From Dehalococcoidia bacterium (lineage in GTDB: Bacteria > Chloroflexota > Dehalococcoidia > Lucifugimonadales > G963668185): DNA of 64,000 bases. Location: the NCBI GenBank assembly GCA_963668185.1, contig OY764162.1:2452754-2516753 (forward strand), given 5' to 3'. Of this stretch, positions 26,396 through 35,928 are shown piece after piece (within the stretch, counting starts at the first letter, position 1; each line of letters starts with the position of its first letter). The notes below the pieces were generated by a model. It was not told the origin of the DNA. It saw only the letters and a program-made list of their open reading frames with translations, and did not search any database. Position numbers and translations under genes: made by a program.

Positions 26396-27373
26396 GTGAG
26401 CGGCATGCTTTCCCGGAGTGCGCAGGGCCTGTACTGGATGGGCCGTTACCTGGCGCGGGTCGAGCACGCGAGCAAGCTGCTCGGCCTGCAGACCGCCGCG
26501 CTTGTGGACCGTCCGGTGAGGGACATCTACTACGGATGGGCGCGCATCTACCATAGTCTTGGCCGCCAGCCTCCCGCGGGTGACCTGGACCTTGTAGAGT
26601 CCAGCGACGAGTTTACGCAGGCTGACTCGTTCACGCTTACGGATGACCTGACGTTCGAGCGGACGAATCCGGGCTCGGTCTGGAGTTGCTTCGCGCAAGG
26701 CCGCGAAAACGCGCGACAGATGCGGCACTGCATCAGCGCGGAGATGTGGACTCGCCTCAATCGCGCCTACCTTCGAATTCAGGACATGAGAATCCAGGAC
26801 ATCTGGAACTCTCCCGAGAGCTTCTACGCCGAGATGGCCGCGGAGACTTACATGTTTTCCGGCGTAGCCGCGGCAACCATGTACAGAGACGAGGGCTGGC
26901 GATTCATGGAGCTCGGCAAGGCGATCGAACGCTCGCAGATCACCACGGGCCTGTTGCTGACACAGCTTGCGGCAGCCGAACGCGTGGAGGACGAAGCCGA
27001 CGCCGACTGGATAACGCTGCTGCGCCTGTACAACGCGCTCGGCGCATACAACAGCGCGCACAGCGTCGAGGTGAAGTCCAGATCGGCCCTCGATCTCCTG
27101 GTGTCGGACCCCCTGCTGCCGGACTCGCTCCATCGATCGCTGGGCCGGATTGAGATTCAACTCGGAGGACTGGGTGTCGGGCCGGACGCTGAACTCGGCG
27201 GCTCCGCCCAACGGCTGTCGGGCCGGCTGACGGCTTTCGTACGATACGACTGGCCGGACTACGAGGACAGCGAGGCATTTCTGAAGCAGGCGCAGCGGTA
27301 CTGCTGGGAGTTGCACGACCTCGTAACGGCTGCGTACTTCGACTACCCGATCCAGGACCATCCGGCAGCCTGA
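26396..27373 (+). CDS. alpha-E domain protein (DUF403)
   Basis: 325 aa. MLSRSAQGLYWMGRYLARVEHASKLL is the hallmark alpha-E N-terminus. The start could instead be the ATG at 26405. Confidence 0.85.
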   Translation: MSGMLSRSAQGLYWMGRYLARVEHASKLLGLQTAALVDRPVRDIYYGWARIYHSLGRQPPAGDLDLVESSDEFTQADSFTLTDDLTFERTNPGSVWSCFAQGRENARQMRHCISAEMWTRLNRAYLRIQDMRIQDIWNSPESFYAEMAAETYMFSGVAAATMYRDEGWRFMELGKAIERSQITTGLLLTQLAAAERVEDEADADWITLLRLYNALGAYNSAHSVEVKSRSALDLLVSDPLLPDSLHRSLGRIEIQLGGLGVGPDAELGGSAQRLSGRLTAFVRYDWPDYEDSEAFLKQAQRYCWELHDLVTAAYFDYPIQDHPAA

Positions 27374-27377
27374 TACC

Positions 27378-28244
27378 GTGAGCGGCGCCACCCGCTACAA
27401 CATCGAGCACATCTCACGGTACGAGTACTCGGCCCACGTGCGGCACAGCGTCATGGCGCTATGCCTCAAACCTCTCGACAACTCCTGGCAGAGGCTGCTG
27501 CGCTTCGAGATACGCTCCGAACCTGAAGCTCCGATGAACGAGGAGACCGACTGCTTCGGCAACACGGTGCACGTGCTGAACATTCACCGCGACCACGCCA
27601 GTCTTGAAATCATGGTCCGCTCCACCGTGGAAGTTGAAAGGCCCGCCCCTCTGCCGAAGTCGTTGAGTACAAGCTCGTGGGGCGAGATTGAGAAGTGGCG
27701 AGACTCCTTCGATCTGTGGGACTTCACCCGGCCGAGCGCCATGGCCCGCCCCTCCCCTGAACTGTCGGCGTACGTGGACAGTCACGGACTTGCGCCTGGA
27801 AACGATCCGCTGGAGTCTCTGTTGCGCCTTTCGGACGCGGTCCATGACAGCTTCAGGTACGTGCCCGGCAGCACGGACGCGGCGTCGCCGATAGAGCGCA
27901 TCCTGGAAACGGGAGAGGGCGTGTGCCAAGACTATGCGCACGTCATGATCGCCATCGCCCGCTCGTGGGGAGTTCCAGCCAGGTACGTTTCCGGATACGT
28001 CCTGGTGAGGCGAGGCGCGGACGGACGCAGGCGCGAGGTTGCGACGCACGCCTGGGTTGACTGCCTGTTGCCCGGCCTGGGGTGGGTCGGGTTCGACCCC
28101 ACGAACAAGAGGGTGGTCGATGAGCGTTACGTCCGGATCGCGTCAGGCCGGGACTTCCAGGACGTGTCTCCCACGCGGGGCGTGCTAAGGGGAATGGCGC
28201 ACAGCGCCCTGCGCGTTGCCGTACGAATGGAGCCTGTGGCCTGA
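27378..28244 (+). CDS. transglutaminase family protein (Bact_transglu_N + transglutaminase core)
   Basis: 288 aa. The N-terminus is RYNIEHISRYEYSAHVRHSVMALCLKP. The catalytic core is GEGVCQDYAHVMIAIARSWGVPARYVSGY...HAWVD (Cys-His-Asp). It begins 4 nt after the alpha-E stop. Confidence 0.85.
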   Translation: MSGATRYNIEHISRYEYSAHVRHSVMALCLKPLDNSWQRLLRFEIRSEPEAPMNEETDCFGNTVHVLNIHRDHASLEIMVRSTVEVERPAPLPKSLSTSSWGEIEKWRDSFDLWDFTRPSAMARPSPELSAYVDSHGLAPGNDPLESLLRLSDAVHDSFRYVPGSTDAASPIERILETGEGVCQDYAHVMIAIARSWGVPARYVSGYVLVRRGADGRRREVATHAWVDCLLPGLGWVGFDPTNKRVVDERYVRIASGRDFQDVSPTRGVLRGMAHSALRVAVRMEPVA

Positions 28245-28254
28245 GTCGAGAGGG

Positions 28255-28965
28255 TCACTCGGTCTCGAACCGTCCGATGAGTTCATCGTCCCGCCTATCC
28301 TCCCTCGGGAGCCTCGCGAACGATATTGCGCTCGGCAAGACCATGCCGCCGGAGAAGATCAGCTTCATGGCGTCGTCAACCGAGATGTCCGTCTCCATGA
28401 CCTCGTCTTCGATCACGAAGGCCATGTTGCCGGACGTTGGGTTCGGGACGGTGGGAATGTACACGCTGACCATGGACTGCGAGCCGTCCTCGGTGTACGC
28501 CCTGCCGGTGACGAAGCCCATGGCCACCATGCCCTCGCGGGGCCATTCGAGGAAGACCACGCGAGTGAAGTTGAACTGGGAGGTCATCGACGTGGTCGCC
28601 TGCTGCGTCACCCCGTAAATCGTCTTGATCACGGGAATGTAGCTGACGACGAGGCTGACGCAGTCCATGAAGCCGCGGCCAACTGCGATTGTGATCAGAA
28701 GCCCGACCAGGTAGCACAGTACGATGACGGCGATCAGGCCTATGCCCGGAAAGTCCCAGGGCCGTCCTTCTACGAAAGTAAGGCCCCTGACAAGGTTGTC
28801 GGTCTGACCGATAAGGAAGGACAAGACCCAGGCCGTGGCGAGAAGGGGCAGCAACTGCAGGAGCCCGGACAGAGTCCTGCCCTGTATATGACTCTCGAAC
28901 CGTCTGAACAAGCCGGGCTTATTCGACTGTTCCTCGTTGGCGTCAGTCTCCGTTGCGTCCTTCAA
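28255..28965 (-). CDS. DUF502 family membrane protein
   Basis: The ORF track gives a 381-aa ORF to 29400, but its N-terminal part is Ser/Pro/Ala-rich junk. I prefer TTG at 28965-28963, preceded by AAGGGGAG, giving a 237-aa protein. The DUF502 body reads LSGLLQLLPLLATAWVLSFL...YIPVIKTIYG...VYIPTVPNPTSGNMAFV. Confidence 0.7.
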   Translation of the reverse strand: MKDATETDANEEQSNKPGLFRRFESHIQGRTLSGLLQLLPLLATAWVLSFLIGQTDNLVRGLTFVEGRPWDFPGIGLIAVIVLCYLVGLLITIAVGRGFMDCVSLVVSYIPVIKTIYGVTQQATTSMTSQFNFTRVVFLEWPREGMVAMGFVTGRAYTEDGSQSMVSVYIPTVPNPTSGNMAFVIEDEVMETDISVDDAMKLIFSGGMVLPSAISFARLPREDRRDDELIGRFETE

Positions 28966-29134
28966 ATTCCACGCTCCCCTTGTGTGCTGAAACGAAGAAC
29001 CTAGCCGGGCTGGTCTTTGCTGGTCGATGCTGCGGACTGCCGGTAAATCCTCAGCATGGCTTTGGACTGTACAGGTGGCAGTATCGCAAAGGACTGGAAC
29101 GATTTCAATTGCGCGTTTATCGTATGCTAGACGG

Positions 29135-30397
29135 ATGAAACTCGGGATACTCAGATCTACGTTCGTGCTCGGCGCCGCGGCCATCCTGGTCATCGGGATG
29201 ACGATGGCGTGCGGCGACTCTAAGGACGAAGCCGCGGAATCTCCGCCCACTCCGCTGAAGATTGGGATTCTGATGAACTTCAGCGAGGAGGGGCAGGGCC
29301 GCTCGTTCTGGAGAAAGCGCGGCTTCGACCTGGCGATCAAGCACGTCAACGACGCGGGCGGCGTCTTCGGCCTGCCCGTCGAATCGGCCCAGGGAGACAC
29401 CGAGGCCGACAGCGAAGCCGCAGCCGCGGAAGCGCGCCGCCTCGTCGAAACCGAAGGCGTTCACGCCATCGTCGGCCCCAGTTCCAGCGCGAACTCGCTG
29501 GCCGTTGTGGAGGGTATGACAGGCCCGGCGGGCATCCCAACCATCAGCCCTTCCGCGACTTCCCCACTGCTAACCAGCATGGAAGACAACGACTTCTTCT
29601 TTCGCGCCGCTCTCTCAGACATAGCGCAAGGCCCTGTTCTGGCCCGCGTGACGCGCGAGCGCGGCTTCGACAACGTCGGCGTGATCTACGTAAATGACGC
29701 CTGGGGCCAGGGCCTTGCCGAAGCCTTCAGCGCCGCATGGACGGGGAGAGCAGTGGCCGTGGCGATCGAGCGCGGCCAGGACTCGTACCTGCCTGAGCTT
29801 CGAGAGTCCGCGGCAGAGGGCGCGCAGGCTTTGGTAGTTATCGCTTCCGAACGGGAAGCCGAGACGCTCCTCAGGGAATCGATAGAAAACGCTCTGTTCG
29901 ATCGGTTCACGTTCGGAGACGCCGCAAAGAGCCCCAATCTAGTCAAGAAGATAGGCGGCGAGCATCTGGCAGACATGTACGGGGCCTCAAGCGCAAGCGC
30001 GCCGGATAGCGCGTCTTCAGCCTCGTGGGAGAAGGCGTTCCTTGCCGAGTACGGAGAACTGCCCTCGTTCGCCTACGTAAAGGAAACGTACGACGCCGTC
30101 ATCGCTATCACGCTCGCCGCAGAGGCCGCCGGCCAGTTCGACGGAGCGGCGATCAGGGACCGGCTGCGTTCGGTGGCCATGGCTCCCGGCGAATCCGCGA
30201 TCGCCGGCCCGAACGGAGTGGCGGAAGCGCTTCGAATCGTCCGGGGCGGCGAAGACGTCAACTACGAAGGCGCCGCCGCGACGCTGGACTGGGACGCCAA
30301 CGGCGACCTTATCCGCGGTCACGTCGGCATCTGGCGTTTCACCGCCGACAATCGGATAGATGAGGTGGAAGCGGTCTCCTTCGAGTTTGAGCGATGA
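29135..30397 (+). CDS. lipoprotein, type-1 periplasmic binding protein (second orphan PBP)
   Basis: I prefer ATG at 29135, giving MKLGILRSTFVLGAAAILVIGMTMAC with a lipobox. The PBP1 body reads LKIGILMNFSEEGQ...GVHAIVGPSSSANSLAV. No transporter genes are adjacent. Confidence 0.8.
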   Translation: MKLGILRSTFVLGAAAILVIGMTMACGDSKDEAAESPPTPLKIGILMNFSEEGQGRSFWRKRGFDLAIKHVNDAGGVFGLPVESAQGDTEADSEAAAAEARRLVETEGVHAIVGPSSSANSLAVVEGMTGPAGIPTISPSATSPLLTSMEDNDFFFRAALSDIAQGPVLARVTRERGFDNVGVIYVNDAWGQGLAEAFSAAWTGRAVAVAIERGQDSYLPELRESAAEGAQALVVIASEREAETLLRESIENALFDRFTFGDAAKSPNLVKKIGGEHLADMYGASSASAPDSASSASWEKAFLAEYGELPSFAYVKETYDAVIAITLAAEAAGQFDGAAIRDRLRSVAMAPGESAIAGPNGVAEALRIVRGGEDVNYEGAAATLDWDANGDLIRGHVGIWRFTADNRIDEVEAVSFEFER

Positions 30398-30431
30398 TCC
30401 GCTGTGGGAGCTTTGCCTAGCCGGGCGTTCC

Positions 30432-32657
30432 TCATTCCTCGTACCAGCCTGACGCGAAGACCAGGCCGTCGTGCAGCACCGCCCAGGTGTGCTTGAGGGC
30501 ATTCTCGCCGGTGGCGGGGTTTACCGCCACGTAATCGATCCATCGGCCCAACTCGGTGGCGGCGAGCAGGTCGTCGCCAAAGACGTATCCCGTTGGATCC
30601 ACTCTCATGCCGGGGTCCCTGCCGATGAAGTCCGGGTTGGGGTGAGCGATCGTGTAGCCCTCTTCGTCGATGATGAAGACGTACCATTGCCCGTCCACGC
30701 TCTCGGGGCTGCTGTAGTAGGCGACGGCGGCGTCCCTGCCGTCCTTCTGATAGCGCGCGACGGCGTCCCGCACCATGGCCTGCGTGAAGCCCGGGGGATC
30801 GAGCTTCGACACGGGATCGAAGTCTGCCGAGAGAGCGGGGAAGGCATAGACCGCGCCGTCCAAAGAGCCGATGAACAGCGTTCCGTCAGCGACGGCGTAC
30901 GAAGGGACTCCGTCGAAGTAGCCCTTCTGGAACGTCCACAACTCTTCGCCAGTCCAGGCGCGGAAGGCTCTCAGGTTGCCGTCCGATGACTCCGCGTACA
31001 GGACTCCTTCGATAACCGAGGGGGAGGCCAAAGCAACGTCCGGCGCGTCCCAGGTCCAGGCAATCTGCCCGAAGACAGCGTCGAGCGCGAAGAACCGCCC
31101 CGACTCGGAACCCGCGAAAACCAGGCCGTCCGCCACTACCGGAGCGGTGACGATCATGGCGTCTGCTTCGTATGTCCACCTCGGCATGCCCGTTGAGACG
31201 TTCAAGGCGTAGAGATGGTTGTCGGGTGAGAAGTAGTAGGCGCCATCTACGACGAGCGCCGGGAAGTTGCGCGCGGGGAACCTGTCCGTGCCGAAACTCC
31301 ATAGCTCTTCCCCGGTGGCCGCGTCCAGCGCGTAGGCGGTGTTGACGGACGTCAGATAGGCGACGCCGTCCACCACCGTCGGGGGCAGTTCGGCCCCCAT
31401 ACCGGCGTCGAACGACCACGCCAGTTCTCCCGTGGACGCGTCCAGGGCGTAGAGTTCGCCGGATTCGCCCGGCGCGTACAGCATGCCTTCAGCGACGGCG
31501 ACAGCGAACGGAGCGCCGTACGGATAGGGCGCTTCGGCAATCCAGGCGGGGTCTCCGGTCGCCGCGTCGAGCGCGTGAACGGCGAAGTCGCCGGTCGAGT
31601 TCGCGCCGACGTACACCAGCCCGCCGCCAGCGATGGGCGCGTACTGCACGGGCCTTCCGGCGCTGAACGTCCACAACGCTTCTCCGGTCTCGGCTCGGAG
31701 CGCGTGCACGCTGCCGTCGTTGGAGCCTGCGTACACCGTGCCCTCGTACACAGTTGGCGTCGAGCGGATGACGTCTCCGGTCTCGTACCGCCAGACGACC
31801 TCACCGGCGCCGGCGTCCAGAGCGTAGATGTGATTGTCGTCTGAGCCCACGAAGACCATCCCGTCAACCACGGCCGGCGCGTTCACGACCCAGCCGCCGG
31901 TCGCGTAGCTCCAAATGGGCTGCTGAGTTTCAGCGTGCGGTATGACGTCTTCAGGGACCGTGGCTTGCGCCATGCACATGAAGAGCTTGATCGTGAACTC
32001 ATCGGACAAGTCGCCGGCGTCCGAGCCGTCGGCGTCCGGCAGAGTGGACTCGACCATGGCAACCAGGTCCGTTTGGACCAGCAGATCCCGTATGCAGGTC
32101 TCGACGCCGGAGTTCATGAGGTCACTCACCTCGACTATCATTCGCGATAAGAACACTGTGGCCGCCGTTTCCGGAGCGAGGCAACCGAACACGCCAACCT
32201 GCCAGGGCTGCGTAGGAGCGTCGGACAGCACGTGCTCATCGCGGGCAGAGGCCAGGACCTCGTCGCCCAGCTCGTTCTCGATGCACAGTCGTTCAGGCTC
32301 GGCGATCGCATCGAACACCTCGCCCCAGACGGAGTCCTCGTCAAAGTCAAAGGCGAGGTCCGGGTTGAACTGGGACTCTCCTTCGGACTGGTCTGAGTAC
32401 GGCTTCGCAGCCGTGGGCGTTGCCGTCGGCGTGGGTGTGGGTTCAGGTTCGGGGGTAGCCGTCGGCGAGGGTGACGGCTGTTCGGGCGTCGGCGTCTGGG
32501 CCGCGGCGACCGGCTCTTCTACGGGATCAGGCTCCGATTCGCCTCCACAAGCGGCCAGCAACAGGGCAGCCAGCAGGCAAAGCGCTCCCCCTGCCCAGAC
32601 CACTCTCCAGTTGGGAGCCGTCTTCCTGCTTCCCAGTCCACACGATGCTTGTGCCAA
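30432..32657 (-). CDS. lipoprotein with a PQQ-like beta-propeller and a C-terminal single-Cache (sCache_2-like) domain
   Basis: 741 aa with lipobox LLLAAC and a Pro/Thr/Glu-rich linker. It has many repeats of the type VYVGSDDNHIYALDAGAGEVVWRY. The C-terminal 130 aa (WYVFIIDEEGYTIAHPNPDFIGRD...DPTGYVFG...KHTWAVLHDGLVFASGWYE) resemble a Cache ligand-binding module. Confidence 0.75.
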   Translation of the reverse strand: MAQASCGLGSRKTAPNWRVVWAGGALCLLAALLLAACGGESEPDPVEEPVAAAQTPTPEQPSPSPTATPEPEPTPTPTATPTAAKPYSDQSEGESQFNPDLAFDFDEDSVWGEVFDAIAEPERLCIENELGDEVLASARDEHVLSDAPTQPWQVGVFGCLAPETAATVFLSRMIVEVSDLMNSGVETCIRDLLVQTDLVAMVESTLPDADGSDAGDLSDEFTIKLFMCMAQATVPEDVIPHAETQQPIWSYATGGWVVNAPAVVDGMVFVGSDDNHIYALDAGAGEVVWRYETGDVIRSTPTVYEGTVYAGSNDGSVHALRAETGEALWTFSAGRPVQYAPIAGGGLVYVGANSTGDFAVHALDAATGDPAWIAEAPYPYGAPFAVAVAEGMLYAPGESGELYALDASTGELAWSFDAGMGAELPPTVVDGVAYLTSVNTAYALDAATGEELWSFGTDRFPARNFPALVVDGAYYFSPDNHLYALNVSTGMPRWTYEADAMIVTAPVVADGLVFAGSESGRFFALDAVFGQIAWTWDAPDVALASPSVIEGVLYAESSDGNLRAFRAWTGEELWTFQKGYFDGVPSYAVADGTLFIGSLDGAVYAFPALSADFDPVSKLDPPGFTQAMVRDAVARYQKDGRDAAVAYYSSPESVDGQWYVFIIDEEGYTIAHPNPDFIGRDPGMRVDPTGYVFGDDLLAATELGRWIDYVAVNPATGENALKHTWAVLHDGLVFASGWYEE

Positions 32658-32951
32658 TTGCGTACCTCGCTTGTCTGTTGTGACGCATCAACAAGGGTTC
32701 ACCTTCCGAATCCCTTCGGAATCGCTTGCGGCGTGCTTCAACATTAGCACGAGATTCCGCATAACCGGCAGGGCGGCCACGACCTCTTTCCGGCCAAAGA
32801 GTTGATGCGGGCAGTCGGCACGTAAGTGTTCAGAGTTGATGTGGCGGCCCGTTCGTGGCGAGCCCGTCGAACCACAACGGGCGTCGGCTGTGGAACGCGC
32901 CCTTCGACAGGCTCAGGGCGAACGGAACTACATATCACGAAGTCTGAACAG

Positions 32952-34385
32952 TTACATCGGGACGGCTTGGATCGATGCCGGCTCGATCTTGTTGTAGCAG
33001 TCCAGCGCCGCTACTTTGTAGCACTCGGCCAGCGTGGGGTAGTTGAACACCGTGTTGACGAAGTAGTCCAGAGCGCCGCCGAACGTCAGGACGGCCTGCC
33101 CGATGTGCACAAGCTCGGCGGCGCCTGCGCCTATGATGTGGATGCCGAGCAGCTTCCGCGTCTCGCGGTGGAACAGCAGCTTGAGCATGCCGGTCTCGTC
33201 GCCCATGATGTTGCCCCGCGCTATCTCACGGTATCTTGCGAGGCCGACTTCATACGGAACGCCGGCCTCCGTCAGCTCCTCTTCGGTACTCCCCACCATG
33301 GACAGTTCAGGGACGGAGTAGATGCCGAAGGGAAAGTGTTCCGGGGAGGACTCGTACTCGATCCCGAATGCGTGGCACGCCGCGATCCTTCCCTGCTCCA
33401 TGGACGTGGAAGCCAGCGAGGGAAAGCCCACCACGTCGCCAACGGCGTAGATGTGCGGCTGCGCCGTCCGTTGGTTGTCGTCGACCGGAATGCGCCCGCG
33501 TTCGTCAGCCCTGAGTCCGGCCGACTCGAGATTGAGCGATGTAGTCGCCCCAACCCGTCCCACGGAGTAAAGAAAGAGATCGGAGACTATTCTCTTACCC
33601 GATTTCAGCGTTGCCACGGCCCTGCCCTGGACCGTCTCCACGGTCTTGACCTCTTCGCCGAGCCTGAAGATGCAGCCCATGTCCCGCATGTGGTAGATCA
33701 GCGCTTCGACGAGCTCCCTGTCCACGAACTCAAGAATGCTGGGCCGCCGCTCCACAATGGTGACTTCGCAGCCCAGCGTGGCGAATATGGAGGCGTACTC
33801 GATGCCGATGACGCCCGCGCCGACCACGGTCATCGTGCGTGGGATGGCGTCGAGCCCCAGGACCATGTCCGAGTCCACGATCACGGCGTCGTCGGAATCG
33901 AAGCCGGGCGGCGGCGCGGGGTTCGTGCCGGTCGCGATCACGATCTTGTCCGCGCTGACCCGGACTGCGCCGCCGCGACCGGCGACGGCGAGGACGTTCG
34001 GCGACTCGAAGGAGGCCTCGCCCTCAAGCACGTGGACGCGGTTGCGCCTCATCTGGTGGCGAACGACCTCGGTCTCGCGGCCCATGACGTGGTGGCATCG
34101 GAACAATAGGTCGTCCGCCATCGAGATGTCTTCCTTGACTGTGAAGGATGACCCGTAGATTCTCCGCTGCCCGAAGCCGGTCAGGTAAAGCGCGGCCTCA
34201 CGAAACGTCTTGGAAGGGATGGTGCCGGTGTTGATGCAGACGCCGCCGACGACCTCCCTGCGATCGCAGATGCCGACCTTCTTGCCGAGCTTGGACGCCT
34301 GAATAGCGGCACGCTGACCGGCAGGACCTGTGCCGATCACGAACATGTCGTAGTGAGGAAGGCCGTTTTCGCTCAGTTCGCGCAA
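32952..34385 (-). CDS. sthA: soluble pyridine nucleotide transhydrogenase-like flavoprotein (SthA-type)
   Basis: 477 aa with the FAD motif VIGTGPAGQRAA. The site GGVCINTGTIPSK has a single Cys rather than the CxxxxC redox disulfide of lipoamide dehydrogenase, as in SthA. Confidence 0.75.
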   Translation of the reverse strand: MRELSENGLPHYDMFVIGTGPAGQRAAIQASKLGKKVGICDRREVVGGVCINTGTIPSKTFREAALYLTGFGQRRIYGSSFTVKEDISMADDLLFRCHHVMGRETEVVRHQMRRNRVHVLEGEASFESPNVLAVAGRGGAVRVSADKIVIATGTNPAPPPGFDSDDAVIVDSDMVLGLDAIPRTMTVVGAGVIGIEYASIFATLGCEVTIVERRPSILEFVDRELVEALIYHMRDMGCIFRLGEEVKTVETVQGRAVATLKSGKRIVSDLFLYSVGRVGATTSLNLESAGLRADERGRIPVDDNQRTAQPHIYAVGDVVGFPSLASTSMEQGRIAACHAFGIEYESSPEHFPFGIYSVPELSMVGSTEEELTEAGVPYEVGLARYREIARGNIMGDETGMLKLLFHRETRKLLGIHIIGAGAAELVHIGQAVLTFGGALDYFVNTVFNYPTLAECYKVAALDCYNKIEPASIQAVPM

Positions 34386-34544
34386 GCCGGATCACCTATG
34401 GAGGCGACGAGGGCTGATTTGAGTGTAAACGGCGTCCGCCAGTACGTCAACGCGGTGCCTGCACCACAGTGCTCGATTTCGTCCCGTCTCTCTGGTCCAG
34501 CTATTTGCGGAGCCGGAGAGTTCGAGGAAAGCCGCGGGGCGACT

Positions 34545-35309
34545 ATGCTGCATCAGACGCTGAACTGGCATTCGGGCGTGGCAGGCGGGAATGGCCGCGG
34601 CGCCAACGGGCAATCAATAGACCAACTTGCCGACATAGTAGCCAACGGCTCCGAACGCGACTCTCTGGACGCCGCGTACAGGCTGGGTGATATTGGTGAA
34701 AGAGCCGTGCCTGCACTCGCGGAATTGTTGGAGCACGGCTCAGGCCTGTCTTGGTGGGAGCGACGTATGGCCGACCGGCACGGGGACGGTCAAAACTCTC
34801 CCGCCGCGAACGCGGCATACGGCCTGTGTTCCGCCGGCAAGCCCGCCGTTCCGGCCTTGATCGAACGCGCGCGTGACTCCCGGTGGTGGGTCCGAGCGTT
34901 CGCCGCGGAGACGCTTGGCGACATCGGTCCGCCCGCCTCAGAGGCTGTTCCCGCTCTCGTGGAACTTGCGTCTGACGAGGACGCTACTGTGAGGAGCGAG
35001 GCCATCAATGCCCTCGGCCTGGCGGGTCAGCGGGGAACGGACGCAGTGCCAGCCCTCAGCAGTGCGCTCTCCGACGAATCGTCGCAGGTTCGTACCGAGG
35101 CGTCACTGGCGCTTGCTCGAACCGGAGCGCGGGCCTCGGCGGCGACTTCTGCGCTGGTTGCCGCGCTCGAGGACGACAACCGCTACGTTCGCGGCAACTC
35201 CGTGCACGCCCTCTACCGGATCGACACCCCTGATTCCCGCGACGCCCTGCTGCGCCACCTCATGGCGGCCCGCTGGTGCCACTCCACCACGCAGGACAGC
35301 ATGTACTAG
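34545..35309 (+). CDS. HEAT-repeat protein
   Basis: It has repeated units of the form A...LG.IG..A..AVPALVELL.D.D..VR..A (PBS-lyase HEAT-like). The start is uncertain. The ORF-track start at 34353 overlaps the sthA 5' end; alternatives are 34398 or 34545. Confidence 0.6.
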   Translation: MLHQTLNWHSGVAGGNGRGANGQSIDQLADIVANGSERDSLDAAYRLGDIGERAVPALAELLEHGSGLSWWERRMADRHGDGQNSPAANAAYGLCSAGKPAVPALIERARDSRWWVRAFAAETLGDIGPPASEAVPALVELASDEDATVRSEAINALGLAGQRGTDAVPALSSALSDESSQVRTEASLALARTGARASAATSALVAALEDDNRYVRGNSVHALYRIDTPDSRDALLRHLMAARWCHSTTQDSMY

Positions 35310-35326
35310 AAGCCGGAAGGGCGCCC

Positions 35327-35872
35327 CTACTCGAAGATCTCCCTGACCGGCATCGTCCAGCCGGGCACGATGTCGTCCACGGCCAGCGTGTCGTCCTCAG
35401 TGAGCACGGCGGCGTCCGTGACCGACCGGTGCACCTTCACCGTGCGCCTGCGCGGGTCCACAACGACAACAGCCTGCGTCCCGGCATCCAGCCAGTCCGC
35501 GACCTTCTCCTCCACCTCCGAATATCTGTCGCTGGGAGAAATGACCTCTACCGCGAGGTCCGGCGGGCCGGGGAAGAAGCCGGGCGTTTCACCTGTCGGC
35601 TTTACTCTTTCGCGGCGTATGAAGGCCGTATCCGGAACGCGGACGTGGTCTGCGGCCAGTCTGAACCCCGTCTCGGCGATGTACATCCTTCCGAGATTGT
35701 GTTCTCTTGCATGGGCGCTGAGTGAAAACGATACGTTCTCTGCGTACGCTCCATGGTCGGTTCCCGCTGGCGGCATCTTGCGCAGTTCCCCTCTGATGAG
35801 CTCGTACCGGAAGCCGTCGTCCGGCATGCAGAGGAGCTCTTCCGCAGTGACAAGTTCTTTCGTGGTGGCCAT
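35327..35872 (-). CDS. Uma2 family endonuclease (DUF820)
   Basis: 181 aa from ATG at 35872: MATTKELVTAEELLCMPDDGFRYELIRGEL...PDLAVEVISPSD. The PD-(D/E)xK-like motif is typical of Uma2. The 406-aa track ORF is a spurious 5' extension. Confidence 0.8.
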   Translation of the reverse strand: MATTKELVTAEELLCMPDDGFRYELIRGELRKMPPAGTDHGAYAENVSFSLSAHAREHNLGRMYIAETGFRLAADHVRVPDTAFIRRERVKPTGETPGFFPGPPDLAVEVISPSDRYSEVEEKVADWLDAGTQAVVVVDPRRRTVKVHRSVTDAAVLTEDDTLAVDDIVPGWTMPVREIFE

Positions 35873-35928
35873 TACCGGCCCCCTTTCAGCCCTGCTCCGC
35901 CCGCGCGTGGATTGTCGCTGCCGCGCCC

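Noticed and set aside
28966-29400. N-terminal 144 codons of the 381-aa ORF 28255-29400
   Set aside because: The sequence is low-complexity and runs into the divergent PBP gene region. DUF502 homology starts after a TTG (28965) with a good SD sequence (AAGGGGAG).
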